Shown: piece by piece, positions 24,760 to 33,742 of the stretch
Position numbering within the stretch: the stretch's first letter is position 1
Layout: each line of letters opens with the position of its first letter
Assembly: GCA_016212795.1 (NCBI GenBank)
Contig: JACRDT010000012.1
Span: 19,975-83,974 of the forward strand
Length of the DNA stretch: 64,000 nt
Reading direction: 5' to 3'
Source: Elusimicrobiota bacterium
GTDB lineage: Bacteria; Elusimicrobiota; Elusimicrobia; UBA1565; UBA9628
Made by a program: the position numbers and the translations under genes
Notes under the pieces: generated by a model
Told to the model about the DNA's origin: nothing
The model's input: only the letters and a program-made list of their open reading frames with translations
The model's database searches: none

Positions 24760-27147
24760 ATGATCGACCGCCCGTCGGCAGCCAGGCGCCGTCTCTCGGA
24801 CCGGGCCTTGGGCCGGGCGGTCTTCGCCGCGGGTTGGTGCGTATGGCTCGCGCTGGAGGCCTCGCTCCTGCCCGTCGACGTCATGGACCTGGCCTACCTC
24901 CTGTCGCTCGAGCACGGCAGGTGGGTCATCCAGGAGTTGGTCCACCCGGCGTTCGTGCCCCTGCTCGCCGGCTGGCGCGGGCTCCTGGGGCTCTTCGGCT
25001 ACTCGGGCGCGATGCTCTTGCCCGTCGGCGCTCTGAACCTGGCGGCCAGCGCCGGCCTGCTGGCGGGGCTGTTCTTGTGGGTGGAGAGCTGGACGGCCGA
25101 TTCCCTGGCCGCGGCCTTGAGCGTCCTGCTGGCCGGGTTCATGGAGGGCGTCGCCCCGGGCTGCTTGAGGCCCACGCCCTACGCCCTGGCGGCCTGCGCG
25201 AGCGCGGCGTGCCTGGTCCTGTTGTCCGGCCTGGCCCCTGGGGGCCAGGCCGTCGCAGGCGCCGGGAGTTCTTTGCGCTACGCCGCGTCCGGCGCCGCGG
25301 GGGGGCTTGCGGCCTCGCTCCACGCCTCCGCCATGTCCCTGGTCCCCGTCGCCGCGGCGGCCGTGTTCCTCGACGGCCGGGCGCGGCCGTCCCGCGGCCG
25401 CTCGCTGCTGGCGTGGGCGGGGGCGTTCCTGGCGGTGGTCCTCGCCAGCTGCGCCGCCCTCCGCGCCCGCCACGGCATCGGGTGGGAGTTCCTCAGGTCG
25501 ATCGACCCGGTTCGGGCGTTCTTCGCCGTGGAGCAGCACCCCCGGACCTCCATCTTCACGAGCGGGGACCTCGGCAAGCAAGTCGCGGACTATGGGTGGA
25601 CCCTGTTTTGGCAGGGAGGGCCTTTCTTGTTCCTCGTCGCGGCCATGGTGCCGGCCGCGTTCTTCCTCAGGCGCCGCGGTCCCGCCGGGTCGTCGGGATC
25701 CTCCACGCCCGCGCCCGCCTTGCCGCTGGCCGTGTCGTTCCTGAATCTCCTCGCTTTCGCGGCGTTCTTCCTTATCAACAACACCAGCAACGGCTTCATC
25801 TTCGCGGGCCTGCTCCTGCTTCCCCTGCCGCTGGCCCTGGCGGCCGCGGAGCCGCGATTGCGCCGGCTGTTCGTGCCGGCCTCCCTGGCGGCCCTGGCGT
25901 GGAGCGCCCTGTGCCTGCCTCGTCACACGATGGCGCGAAGCAACGACCCGATGCTCGCCGAGGTGCGGTCCCTGGAATCCTTGCTCGGCCCGCGCGACGT
26001 CCTGCTCCTGCCGGGCTCCCCCTATCCCGAGGCGCTCTACCTCCGGCATTTCAACATCCTGGACATCGGCGACTGGGATGACGGCCCGCCCTTCCCGGAG
26101 GTTCCGCGGGCGCGGCCCGGGCCAGGACTGCTGGAGAGGGTGGATTCCTATCTGCGCCGCGGGCGCAAGGTCTTCTTCTCTGCGGGTGATGTGGATTTCC
26201 TCCCGGCTTTGACCCTCCATGGCGCCTGGAAGGACCGCCAGGTCTTCATGCCGGCCAAGCTCGCGCCGGGGGACAGAAAGGAGGAGGCGGCCGGCCTCAT
26301 GCGGCTGTTCGGGTCCCGCTTCGAGCTCGCCGCGGCCGGCCGCTCGCCCCGCGGCGTGGTTTTTTATCGGTTGGCCAGGCGCGGCGTCCTCAGGACGGGC
26401 TCCGAGGTTGGCGCTGGCGGACTTCCCGGCGAGCGCCGCTTCTCCCTGGATGCCGGCCGTTGGCGGGTGGGGTACCTCCGGCGCTGGCTGGCGCTCGCGC
26501 CGGAAGACGAATATGCGCTGCGCGACTTGGACGAGGCGGTCGCCGAGTCGAAGGTATTTTTCCCCGCGGACAGGGGTCTCGTCGTCGAGGCCGCGAGCTT
26601 GGCCGGGCTCTGGGCCGTCCGGATGGGCAGGCCCCGGCTGGCCGCCTCGATCCTCGAGCGCGCGGCGCGGGCCCGGCCCGACGACGCCGAACTCCAGGGC
26701 GAGCTGGCGTCCGCGGCGTGGTCTTCAGGGCAAAGGGACGCGGCCCTTCGGGCCCTCTCCAGGGCCGAGTCGCTCCGGCCCGACGAGCGCAACCGGCACC
26801 GCATGGCCATCCTCCACATGGAGCTCGGCCGCCACCGGCCCGCTCTCGAGCTCCTCGACGGCTTGGTCCGCGAGCATCCGGTCGACGGCCGCTACCTCAG
26901 CGACCGCGGCATCGTCAAGGAATACCTGGGGCTGAGGAAGGAAGCCCTGCGGGACCTGCGGTCCGCGCTGGAGCGTGACCCCGGCTGCCTGCCAGCGGCG
27001 CTCAGCCTGGGCGGGATCTACTCCTCGCAGGGGCGCCCGCGGGAAGCCCTGGCCGTCTACGACAAGGCTCTCTCCCGCCCCTCCTCGGCCGAGCTGCGTC
27101 CCCTCCGGGAGCGGGTCCTCGCCGAGAGAGCGAAGCTGAAGCCCTGA
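24760..27147 (+). CDS. Polytopic membrane protein (GT-C-like) with C-terminal TPR repeats, paralogous in architecture to 20018..21610
   Basis: Multiple TM helices for ~450 aa, then TPR repeats (..LERAARARPDDAELQGELASAAWSSGQRDAALRAL..); ATG 24760. Confidence 0.55.
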   Translation: MIDRPSAARRRLSDRALGRAVFAAGWCVWLALEASLLPVDVMDLAYLLSLEHGRWVIQELVHPAFVPLLAGWRGLLGLFGYSGAMLLPVGALNLAASAGLLAGLFLWVESWTADSLAAALSVLLAGFMEGVAPGCLRPTPYALAACASAACLVLLSGLAPGGQAVAGAGSSLRYAASGAAGGLAASLHASAMSLVPVAAAAVFLDGRARPSRGRSLLAWAGAFLAVVLASCAALRARHGIGWEFLRSIDPVRAFFAVEQHPRTSIFTSGDLGKQVADYGWTLFWQGGPFLFLVAAMVPAAFFLRRRGPAGSSGSSTPAPALPLAVSFLNLLAFAAFFLINNTSNGFIFAGLLLLPLPLALAAAEPRLRRLFVPASLAALAWSALCLPRHTMARSNDPMLAEVRSLESLLGPRDVLLLPGSPYPEALYLRHFNILDIGDWDDGPPFPEVPRARPGPGLLERVDSYLRRGRKVFFSAGDVDFLPALTLHGAWKDRQVFMPAKLAPGDRKEEAAGLMRLFGSRFELAAAGRSPRGVVFYRLARRGVLRTGSEVGAGGLPGERRFSLDAGRWRVGYLRRWLALAPEDEYALRDLDEAVAESKVFFPADRGLVVEAASLAGLWAVRMGRPRLAASILERAARARPDDAELQGELASAAWSSGQRDAALRALSRAESLRPDERNRHRMAILHMELGRHRPALELLDGLVREHPVDGRYLSDRGIVKEYLGLRKEALRDLRSALERDPGCLPAALSLGGIYSSQGRPREALAVYDKALSRPSSAELRPLRERVLAERAKLKP

Positions 27148-27175
27148 TCCCGATCCCGGCTTGGCGTATGCGAGG

Positions 27176-27526
27176 TCAGTCCCACATGCGCCTGGTCGGG
27201 ACGCCGAGCGTCCTTTCCGCGATAACGGCGGATATGCGCTTGCGCGGGATCGGCAGCACGACCAGATCGCAATAGAGCGCGTCGAAGAGTTTGCGCAAGG
27301 TGGCGAGCTGCGGCTCGAAATGCCCTTTCTCCATCGACGCCAGGTTTCCCTGGGAGACTCCCGCGCGCCCAGCCAGCTGGCGCTGAGTCATGTGCAGAGC
27401 GACGCGCAGGGTCCGAACCCATTGGCCCGCCTCAAGGCGCACGGCGGCGGGCGGCGCGGCGCCGGCGCATTGGAGCCGGTGCAGGGCTCTCCTGTGAGCG
27501 ATCGTCACGCCGCTGAGCTTGGGCAA
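27176..27526 (-). CDS. XRE-family helix-turn-helix transcriptional regulator
   Basis: HTH LHMTQRQLAGRAGVSQGNLASMEKG; 116 aa. Confidence 0.7.
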   Translation of the reverse strand: MPKLSGVTIAHRRALHRLQCAGAAPPAAVRLEAGQWVRTLRVALHMTQRQLAGRAGVSQGNLASMEKGHFEPQLATLRKLFDALYCDLVVLPIPRKRISAVIAERTLGVPTRRMWD

Positions 27527-27553
27527 GGGGTCCTCCGAACCTCCATATGGCTA

Positions 27554-27573
27554 TGATTCGACATATCGAATCA
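27554..27573. promoter_or_regulatory. Operator-like palindrome TGATTCGA-CATA-TCGAATCA in the XRE promoter region
   Basis: 8-bp inverted arms with 4-bp spacer, 28 nt upstream of the XRE start; second copy at 27756-27775. Confidence 0.5.
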
Positions 27574-27663
27574 AAATCACACGGACATGAAAAGGGCCCC
27601 TGCCCCCGGTCGGAGAGCGGCGCCGCGCTTCGACCTCGGCGGGGGCGAAGGGTCGAAGTCCAC

Positions 27664-27716
27664 GATGACCGCCCACATGCGCCTGGTCGGACGTCTGGCG
27701 CCCTTCGTTTCGGCGC
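27664..27716 (-). pseudogene. Remnant of a second XRE gene 3' end (encodes ..PTRRMW..), part of a degenerate tandem duplication
   Basis: cccacatgcgcctggtcgg repeated at 27180-27200 and 27668-27688; minus-strand translation AETKGARRPTRRMWAV vs XRE C-terminus AERTLGVPTRRMWD. Confidence 0.3.
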
Positions 27717-27755
27717 TAAGCCCCGGAAGGCGTCGTTTGGGTTCCCATGCAGCTA

Positions 27756-27775
27756 TGATTCGACATGTCGAATCA
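27756..27775. promoter_or_regulatory. Second copy of the operator palindrome (perfect: TGATTCGA-CATG-TCGAATCA) within a degenerate duplicated segment
   Basis: About 55-bp segment 27751-27806 is ~85% identical to 27551-27605. Confidence 0.45.
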
Positions 27776-27891
27776 AAACGATATGGACATCAAAGGGGCC
27801 CCCCTTTGAACTCGGCGCCGTTGAGGTCAGTCGGGCCCTGCTTGGAGTCCTGAACGTCCTGTTTGGCAGTAGCGGCGGCGGTCTGATAGCG

Positions 27892-28377
27892 TCAGGAGCG
27901 GCCGGATTCGAGGGCCTTGATGCGGCCCTCGTGGTCCTTGACCTGGGCCTGGACTTCGGTCAGGGAGTGGCCGTGGAGCACGGCGGCCCGGTCGTAGCTC
28001 TGCGCCTTGCCGGCGAAGGAGTCGATGGCGCTAAGGATGCGCTGGATGTCCTCCTTGGTGGAGAGCCCTTTCATCGTTTGCTGAATGCCGCGGATATCTG
28101 ACTGCGTTTGCACGATTGCCTTGGCGAGGCGGTGCTGGACTCCTTCGATCTTTCCGTCCAGACGAGTCTCGACGGCCTTGAGCTCGCCGCGCAGGGCATC
28201 CGTGGTCGTCTTGATGTCGGACTTGAGCTCTCCGCGCACGGTGTCCGCGGTGGATTTGATCTCGCCGCGCAACATGGCCGCGGTGGCCTGAAGTTCTCCC
28301 CGCAGCATGGCTGCCGTGGCATCGAGGTGGCCCCGCGTGGCCGGGCTGCTCGCTTCAGCGTGAGTCATGTCGTCCAT
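27892..28377 (-). CDS. Coiled-coil protein with AAMLRGEL heptad-like repeats, hypothetical
   Basis: ..TAAMLRGELQATAAMLRGEIKSTADTVRGELKSDIKTTTDALRGELKAVETRLDGKIEG..; start ambiguous (ATG 28377 after a GGGGGAA Shine-Dalgarno, or upstream to 28461). Confidence 0.45.
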   Translation of the reverse strand: MDDMTHAEASSPATRGHLDATAAMLRGELQATAAMLRGEIKSTADTVRGELKSDIKTTTDALRGELKAVETRLDGKIEGVQHRLAKAIVQTQSDIRGIQQTMKGLSTKEDIQRILSAIDSFAGKAQSYDRAAVLHGHSLTEVQAQVKDHEGRIKALESGRS

Positions 28378-28589
28378 TATATCATTCCCCCGGAACCGCG
28401 TAAGAGTCGAAAGCCCCATCCGGCCGTGGGCCTCCGCCATGTATACGAATGAAAGGCCCATTTGGTTCCGCGCGCTGGAATGCCCACGATCTGGCGGTCA
28501 AGAGAAACGCTGCCCGATTCCCGCCTCTGCGTTGTCGAAATAGGATAGAATGAACCACTGACCGGACTCACGCAGGACGGGGTGGCACG

Positions 28590-30770
28590 ATGACGCTCTG
28601 CAGACGCTTCCGGCTCGTCGCATGGGTGCTGGCCCTTGGCGCCATGGGCGGCCCGGGAGCGACGGCCCAGGACCGGTGGCCGGACCTCGCCGCGCCCGCC
28701 AAGGCCGTGGGCGGGGGCGGGCACGACGCGGCCGTGGTGGTGGGCGTGGAGGATTACCTCCTCGTGGCCGACGTGCCGGGGGCCGAGGCCAACGCCAAGG
28801 CGTGGTACGACTACTTCACCGAGACGCGCGGGCTGCCGGTCCAGAACGTCAAGCTCGTGACCGGCGTGGACGCCACCCGCGAGGAGATGCTCGCCGCGGT
28901 GCGCAGCGCGGCCGGCAAGGCCGGGCAGGATGGGACGCTGTGGTTCGTGTTCATCGGGCACGGGGCGCCGTCCAAGGACGGCAAGGACGGGCTCCTGGTG
29001 GCCGTGGACGCCCAGCAGAAGGCCGCCACCCTCCAGGAGAGGAGCCTCAAGCGCTCGGAGCTCCTCAAGGCGCTCTCTGAGAGCCGCGCCGGCTCCATCC
29101 GGGTCGTGCTCGACGCGTGCTTCTCCGGCAGGCTGGCGGACGGCGGCTCGATCGCGCCGGGGCTTCAGCCCCTGGTCACGGTATCGATGGCCGATCCCAC
29201 CGACGCCAGGATGGTGGTCCTGACGGCAGCCAGAGGCAACCAGTTCGCCGGCGCCCTGCCTGGAGCCAGGCGACCCGCGTTCAGCTACCTGGTGCTGGGG
29301 GGGCTTCGCGGCTGGACCGGGAAGGCCACGGTGACTGCCGGGGACCTGTGGCGCTACGCCGTCGACGCCCTGGAGGCTACCCTGCGCGGCAGGGACCAGT
29401 GGCCCGAACTGATCGGCCGCCAGGACGCGGTGGTCGGCGCTGCCGCGGGCGAGAAGGGCCCGAACCTCGCCGGCCTGGCCAAAGCCACGGCAGGGGCAGG
29501 GGCGCAGGATGAGATGTTCCGGGTCTCGAACCTGCCGCGGGTCCCCAAGGCCCAGGCGCCCGCGGCCGTCGCGGACATGGCCGGCGGGGCGGATTTCCGC
29601 AACCTGGACGTGGAGGCGCTGGGGCGCTACGACGAAGCCACGAAGTTCGACGAGGGCGAGGCTTCTCCCGAGGAGAAGGCGTCCAAATGGCTCGAGCTGG
29701 CCAAGAGCGCGCCGCAGTTCGCCGGGAAAGCCGAGGCGAGGGCGGCCCAATGGGACCGCTACGCCCAGGAGCTCGCCGCGGGCCAGGAGGCGCGTCAGAA
29801 GCGCGCCGAGGCCATGGACAGGGACTGGGAGAAGTTGGGCAAGCTGTTGGCCATGAGGGTGGTGCCCGACGCGGACAAGAAGCGCTGGGCGGCGGCGTTC
29901 GTCGAGGCGTACGGCAGGACCTCGCGGGAGAACCCCTATGTCGCGGACCTGGCCAGGCACCTGCCGCCGGGGACGGTCAAGGTCGAGCCCGGAGCCAAGG
30001 CGTCCGCCGGCGGCCGCGCCGGGTCGGTCCAGGCCGGCAAAGCCGGCGTCGAGTGGGTGAGGATCCCGGGCGGGACCCTCGCGATGGGCGCCGACGACCG
30101 GCCGGAGACGAAGCCCCGGCATCCCGTGACGGTCAAGGCCTTCCAGCTGGCGAGGACCGAGGCGACCAACAAGCAGTACCGCGCCTGCGTCGAGGCCGGG
30201 GCCTGCTCCCCCGCGCATGCCTCGGACGGGACATGCCGGGTGTGGGACGGCGGCCAATGGGCTCTCGGCAGCCTGGCGGCCTCGTTCCAGGCCGACGACC
30301 ACCCCGTGGTGTGCGTGGACTGGGGCCAGGCGAAAGCCTTCGCCGAATGGGCCGGGGGGAGGCTCCCGAGCGAGGCGGAGTGGGAGCACGCGGCCCGCGG
30401 CGCCGGCAAGGAGCGGGCGTACCCCTGGGGCGACGAGGAGCCCACGTGCGAGCGGGCCGTGATGAGCCAGGACGACAACGGCTGCGCGAGGAACGCGACG
30501 TGGCCCGTGTGCTCGAAGGCCGCCGGGAACACGGCGCAGGGGCTCTGCGACATGGCGGGCAACGTCGGGGAGTGGACGCAGGACTGGTATCACGCCTCGT
30601 ACGACGGCGCGCCGGCCGACGGTCTCGCCTGGGAGAGGCCAGCGTCCGCGGCCCGGGTCGTCCGCGGCGGGGGCTGGGGCAACGACGCCGACGGCGTCCG
30701 GGCCGCGTACCGCGTCGGCTACGACCCGGGCGAGCTCAGCGACTACCTCGGCGTGCGTCCCGCCCGCTGA
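28590..30770 (+). CDS. Secreted caspase-like (peptidase C14) domain fused to a formylglycine-generating-enzyme (FGE-sulfatase/SUMF1-like) domain
   Basis: Signal peptide; caspase His/Cys dyad contexts FVFIGHGAP and RVVLDACFSG; C-terminal FGE fold (WVRIPGGTLAMGADD..HPVVCVDWGQAKAFAEWAGGRLPSEAEWEHAARG..GNVGEWTQDWY). Confidence 0.8.
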   Translation: MTLCRRFRLVAWVLALGAMGGPGATAQDRWPDLAAPAKAVGGGGHDAAVVVGVEDYLLVADVPGAEANAKAWYDYFTETRGLPVQNVKLVTGVDATREEMLAAVRSAAGKAGQDGTLWFVFIGHGAPSKDGKDGLLVAVDAQQKAATLQERSLKRSELLKALSESRAGSIRVVLDACFSGRLADGGSIAPGLQPLVTVSMADPTDARMVVLTAARGNQFAGALPGARRPAFSYLVLGGLRGWTGKATVTAGDLWRYAVDALEATLRGRDQWPELIGRQDAVVGAAAGEKGPNLAGLAKATAGAGAQDEMFRVSNLPRVPKAQAPAAVADMAGGADFRNLDVEALGRYDEATKFDEGEASPEEKASKWLELAKSAPQFAGKAEARAAQWDRYAQELAAGQEARQKRAEAMDRDWEKLGKLLAMRVVPDADKKRWAAAFVEAYGRTSRENPYVADLARHLPPGTVKVEPGAKASAGGRAGSVQAGKAGVEWVRIPGGTLAMGADDRPETKPRHPVTVKAFQLARTEATNKQYRACVEAGACSPAHASDGTCRVWDGGQWALGSLAASFQADDHPVVCVDWGQAKAFAEWAGGRLPSEAEWEHAARGAGKERAYPWGDEEPTCERAVMSQDDNGCARNATWPVCSKAAGNTAQGLCDMAGNVGEWTQDWYHASYDGAPADGLAWERPASAARVVRGGGWGNDADGVRAAYRVGYDPGELSDYLGVRPAR

Positions 30771-30785
30771 GGCCTGCGGCATGTG

Positions 30786-30826
30786 CCCCCCCCCGCTACT
30801 CGCCCCCCCGCGGGGGGGGCGAGTGA
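30786..30826 (+). repeat. Copy of the ~48-bp unit: C9-GCTACTCG-C7-GCG-G8-CGAGTGAC (hairpin 30799-30823)
   Basis: Read directly; 15 nt after the caspase-FGE stop and 46 nt before speD ATG. Confidence 0.85.
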
Positions 30827-30871
30827 CAGCTTGACACCGGGGCCGCGAGCTAGGCATGATGTCTGCCTGGC

Positions 30872-31810
30872 ATGTTCTTCGAGGGACGAGAGAAGAAGGT
30901 GGAGATCGCCTTGGCGCCGGGGAACCCTCCCCTGCGCGGCCGGGGGCGCGCGTACTGGGCGCGCATCGTGGCGGCCTCGCGCGCCCGGATCATCTCGGAG
31001 CTGTCCAACGACCGGATGGACGCGTACCTGCTCTCCGAGTCGAGCCTCTTCGTCACCGACCAGTGGCTCACCATGATCACGTGCGGCCGCACGGACCTGG
31101 CCGCCGCCGTCCTGCGGATGGCCGACGACCTGGGCGTCGAGAACCTCCAGTACCTGATTTACGAGCGCAAGAACGCCTTCTTCCAGGAGTTCCAGCCCAC
31201 CAACTTCCTCGACGACCTCAAGAAGCTCTCGCGGAGGATCCCGGGCCAATCCTACCGCTTCGGCGACGGGGACGACCACCACGTCTTCCTCTTCCACCTC
31301 GACCGGCCCCACCGGGCGGACCCCGACGACCGTACCCTCGAGATCCTCATGCACGGCATCGACGCGGCCGCCGCGCGCACCTTCATGGCCGGTCCCCAGC
31401 ACCGAGGGAAGTTCATCAGGGAGCGGTCCGGGGTGTGGTCCATCCTCCCGGGCTTCGAGGTCGACGACCACCTTTTCGAGCCCATGGGCTATTCGCTCAA
31501 CGCCGTCCGCGGGGCGAAGTACTACACGATCCACGTCACCCCGCAGAAGGTCGGCTCGTACGTGAGCTTCGAGACCAACCTGGTGGGGGCCGGCGCCAAC
31601 AAGACCGTCCGCCGGGTCCTGGACATCTTCAAGCCGCGCTCCTGCGACATCATCCTCTTCCAGCCCCTGGGCCAGCGGCGGGACATCCGGTGCTCCTACC
31701 TGCTCAAGCGGGCCGTCCGCCAGCACCTTTCCAACGGCTACCGGGTGACCTTCGACCACCGCTTCAGGCCCGTCAGGGTCCCGGCCCCGGCCGTCGAGGT
31801 GCTCCTGTGA
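30872..31810 (+). CDS. speD: S-adenosylmethionine decarboxylase proenzyme, eukaryotic-type (class II)
   Basis: MFFEGREKKVEI N-terminus and self-processing site LSESSLFV (cf. eukaryotic AdoMetDC ..YVLSESSMFV); 312 aa. Confidence 0.75.
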   Translation: MFFEGREKKVEIALAPGNPPLRGRGRAYWARIVAASRARIISELSNDRMDAYLLSESSLFVTDQWLTMITCGRTDLAAAVLRMADDLGVENLQYLIYERKNAFFQEFQPTNFLDDLKKLSRRIPGQSYRFGDGDDHHVFLFHLDRPHRADPDDRTLEILMHGIDAAAARTFMAGPQHRGKFIRERSGVWSILPGFEVDDHLFEPMGYSLNAVRGAKYYTIHVTPQKVGSYVSFETNLVGAGANKTVRRVLDIFKPRSCDIILFQPLGQRRDIRCSYLLKRAVRQHLSNGYRVTFDHRFRPVRVPAPAVEVLL

Positions 31811-32685
31811 CGGCCCCGCGCCCGGGCCGGCGCCCCAAGGCGGCCCGCTGGGTCGACGAGGTCTACCAGGGGGTCATCCGCACGGGCTTTCGGCTCGAGC
31901 GCCGGCTCTTCCTGGGCCGCAGCCCCCACCAGCGCGTCGAGGTGGTCGAGACCGCGGGGCACGGCAGGCTCCTCCTCATCGACGGGATGACCATGGTGTC
32001 GGAGCGCGACGAGTTCGTCTACCACGAGATGATCGCGCACGTCCCGCTCTGCGTGCACCCCCGGCCGCGGCGGGTCCTGGTCGTCGGCGGGGGGGACGGG
32101 GGCACGGTGCGGGAGGTCCTGCGCCACCCCAGCGTGGAGTCGTGCACCCTGGTCGAGATCGACGGGCTCGTGGTGGACGCCAGCCGCCGCTACCTGCCCC
32201 GGATCGCCCGGGCGCTGGCCGGCCCCCGCAGCCGGGTGCTCATCGAGGACGGCGTGAGCTTCGTGCGCCGCACCGCCGAGCGCTTCGACGTGGTCATCGT
32301 GGACTCGACCGAGCCTTGCGGCCCGGCCAAGGAGCTCTTCGGGCCGGCGTTCTACCGGGACGTTCGCCGCGTGCTGGCCGACGACGGGATCGTGGTCAGC
32401 CAGGCCGGCTCGCCGTTCTACGAGCTGGGCACCATCAAGAACCTGCTGGGCATCCTGCGGCCGGTCTTCCCGGTCGCCCAGCCCTACCTGTTCACCAATC
32501 TGACCTACCCCGGCGGGCTTTGGGCCTTCACGTACGCGTCCCGAGGCCTGCGCCCGGTGGCCGACCTCAAGCATGGCCGCAGCCGGGGCTTGAAGGGGTT
32601 GTCGTGGTACAGCCCGGCCGTGCACGCCGCCGCGTTCGTCCTGCCGGCGTTCATGGAGCGGGCTCTCGGACGGAGGTCGTCATGA
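31807..32685 (+). CDS. speE: Spermidine synthase
   Basis: VLVVGGGDGGTVREV and DVVIVDSTEP motifs; GTG start overlaps speD stop (GTGA). The supplied 609-aa ORF (30856..) is this frame extended upstream through speD in a different frame. Confidence 0.8.
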   Translation: MTAPRPGRRPKAARWVDEVYQGVIRTGFRLERRLFLGRSPHQRVEVVETAGHGRLLLIDGMTMVSERDEFVYHEMIAHVPLCVHPRPRRVLVVGGGDGGTVREVLRHPSVESCTLVEIDGLVVDASRRYLPRIARALAGPRSRVLIEDGVSFVRRTAERFDVVIVDSTEPCGPAKELFGPAFYRDVRRVLADDGIVVSQAGSPFYELGTIKNLLGILRPVFPVAQPYLFTNLTYPGGLWAFTYASRGLRPVADLKHGRSRGLKGLSWYSPAVHAAAFVLPAFMERALGRRSS

Positions 32686-33704
32686 GGCGCGTCCTCATCA
32701 ACAAGCCGGGGTCGCACGACGTGCTCAAGCTCGTCACGGAGGCGGACCCGCGTCCAGCGGCGGGCCAGGTGCTCGTGCGCGTCCGGGCCGCGGGCGTCAA
32801 CTTCGCGGACTGCATCGTGCGCATGGGGTACTACCAGGCCGCGCGGGGCCTCTACCCGATGACCCCGGGCTTCGAGTTCGCCGGCACGGTGGAAGCCCGC
32901 GGCGAGGGCGTGTCGGAGCCCGAATTGGGCGCGTCCGTCTTCGGCATCACCCGGTTCGGCGGCTACTCCAGCCACGTCGTGGCGGAGCCCTGGCAGGTCT
33001 GGCCCTGCCCGGAGGGCTGGGACGCGGCCGAGTGCGCGGCGTTCCCCGCGGTCGCCTTCACGGCGCACTACGGCCTCTTCCACGCCGCGAGGGTCGCGGC
33101 CGGCGAGTCGCTGCTCGTGCATTCCGCCGCGGGCGGCGTGGGGACCGCCCTGCTGCAGCTGGCCGCCATCGCGGGCTGCCGCAGCCTGGCCGTGGTGGGG
33201 TCGGCCCACAAGATCAGGCTGTGCCGGGAACTCGGCGCGTGGGACGTCATCGACCGCTCGACGGTGGAGCTCTGGGGCGAGGCGGACCGGCTCGTCCCGG
33301 AGGGCTTCGACGTCGTCTTCGACTCGGGCGGCGTGGAGACCCTCCGGGAGGGCTACAGGCGCCTGGCGCAGGGGGGCCGGCTGGTGACCTACGGCTTCGC
33401 CGAGATGTTCCCGAGGGGCAAGGACGTCAGCCTGCCGGGGCTGGCCCTCAGCTATCTGCGGATGCCCAGGTTCAACCCGCTCGAGCTCACCGCCGCCAAC
33501 CGCGGGGTCATCGGGTTCAACGTCGTGCACCTTTTCGGCAAGCGGGACATGGCGTCCAAGGCCATGGCCGAGCTCCTTGGGTGGATCCGGGAGAAGCGCA
33601 TCAGGAAGACCCCGGTGGCCCGCTACCCCATCGACGCCGTGATCGAGGCGCACCGCGCCCTCGAGTCGGGCCAGACCGTGGGCAAGCTCGTCTTGATGAT
33701 GTAG
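32682..33704 (+). CDS. qor: Zinc-independent medium-chain dehydrogenase/reductase (quinone oxidoreductase-like)
   Basis: MDR fold with NADPH motif AAGGVGTALLQLA; ATG overlaps speE stop (ATGA). Confidence 0.75.
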   Translation: MRRVLINKPGSHDVLKLVTEADPRPAAGQVLVRVRAAGVNFADCIVRMGYYQAARGLYPMTPGFEFAGTVEARGEGVSEPELGASVFGITRFGGYSSHVVAEPWQVWPCPEGWDAAECAAFPAVAFTAHYGLFHAARVAAGESLLVHSAAGGVGTALLQLAAIAGCRSLAVVGSAHKIRLCRELGAWDVIDRSTVELWGEADRLVPEGFDVVFDSGGVETLREGYRRLAQGGRLVTYGFAEMFPRGKDVSLPGLALSYLRMPRFNPLELTAANRGVIGFNVVHLFGKRDMASKAMAELLGWIREKRIRKTPVARYPIDAVIEAHRALESGQTVGKLVLMM

Positions 33705-33742
33705 CCGTCTGACCCCAAGGTCGGTCGGCGAGGAGGCGTTCG

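Noticed and set aside
30856-32685. 609-aa ORF covering speD and speE in one frame
   Set aside because: Only the C-terminal 292 aa (from GTG 31807) match spermidine synthase. speD is clearly encoded in a different frame (30872..31810).
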